NCBI GenBank assembly: GCA_017550315.1
Contig: JAFZPN010000054.1
Span: forward strand, 1,766-65,765
Direction: 5' to 3'
Origin: Clostridia bacterium
Lineage (GTDB): Bacteria; Bacillota; Clostridia; Oscillospirales; CAG-272
Length of the DNA: 64,000 bases
Shown here: positions 63,824-64,000 of the stretch, piece by piece
Numbering within the stretch: the first letter of the stretch is position 1
Layout of the letters: every line of letters starts with the position of its first letter
The notes under the pieces: generated by a model
The model's input: the letters and a program-made list of their open reading frames with translations, nothing else
The model's database searches: none
Told to the model about the DNA's origin: nothing
Program-made: the position numbers and the translations under genes

Positions 63824-64000
63824 TCATCGGATCTGGCCGTTTCCGCGGATGATATACTTGTAGGTCGTCAGCTCTTCGAGTCCCATCGGGCCGCGGGCAT
63901 GGAGCTTCTGGGTCGAGATGCCCATTTCGCAGCCGAGACCGAACTCTCCGCCGTCGGTGAAGCGGGTCGAGGCGTTGACATACACGGCGGCGGAGTCCAC
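63824..64000 (-). CDS. proA: Gamma-glutamyl phosphate reductase, C-terminal 58 aa (partial)
   Basis: Manual translation [58 protein letters not shown]. Confidence 0.95.
   Translation of the reverse strand: MDSAAVYVNASTRFTDGGEFGLGCEMGISTQKLHARGPMGLEELTTYKYIIRGNGQIR

Noticed and set aside
1-64000. Genome-wide reassignment of TAG to a standard amino acid
   Set aside because: Long genes, including the 2203-aa NRPS, contain no in-frame TAG. Only one interrupted gene was found.
1-64000. CRISPR array, tRNA/rRNA, transposase, integrase or prophage genes
   Set aside because: I saw no regularly spaced repeats, RNA gene signatures or mobile-element motifs by eye. Small ncRNAs could have been missed.

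Overview
A GC-rich (roughly 60% or more, judged by eye) bacterial chromosomal segment. Gene content, lipoprotein signals and sigma-A promoters point to an anaerobic Bacillota/Clostridia gut or rumen organism (inference). About 47 genes are supported; I saw no rRNA, tRNA, CRISPR array or transposase. Contents: many orphan solute-binding lipoproteins; glycoside hydrolases (GH78, GH127, GH63-like, a beta-propeller GH); a pxpB-pxpC-DUF1445-pxpA-NRAMP 5-oxoproline operon; two MBOAT plus DHHW/SGNH acylation pairs; an NHLM-type C39-peptidase ABC exporter trio with no visible precursor; two URO-D-family genes; an ECF sigma/anti-sigma pair with tandem large lipoproteins; an atypical glycyl radical enzyme; rubrerythrin; a ZIP transporter; and the 3' end of proA. 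The best candidate for an undescribed system is the operon at 31881-42626: MATE exporter, two-module reductase-terminated NRPS, STAS anti-anti-sigma protein, membrane sensor PP2C phosphatase fused to an RsbW-like kinase domain, and a lipoprotein. It looks like a peptide-aldehyde make/export/sense circuit. Also notable: an in-frame TAG in a surface-protein gene while none of the ~45 gene ends checked uses TAG, a chimeric cellulose-synthase deletion scar, and a duplicated gene-end/terminator/promoter unit. All calls come from motif recognition by eye; no searches were run.
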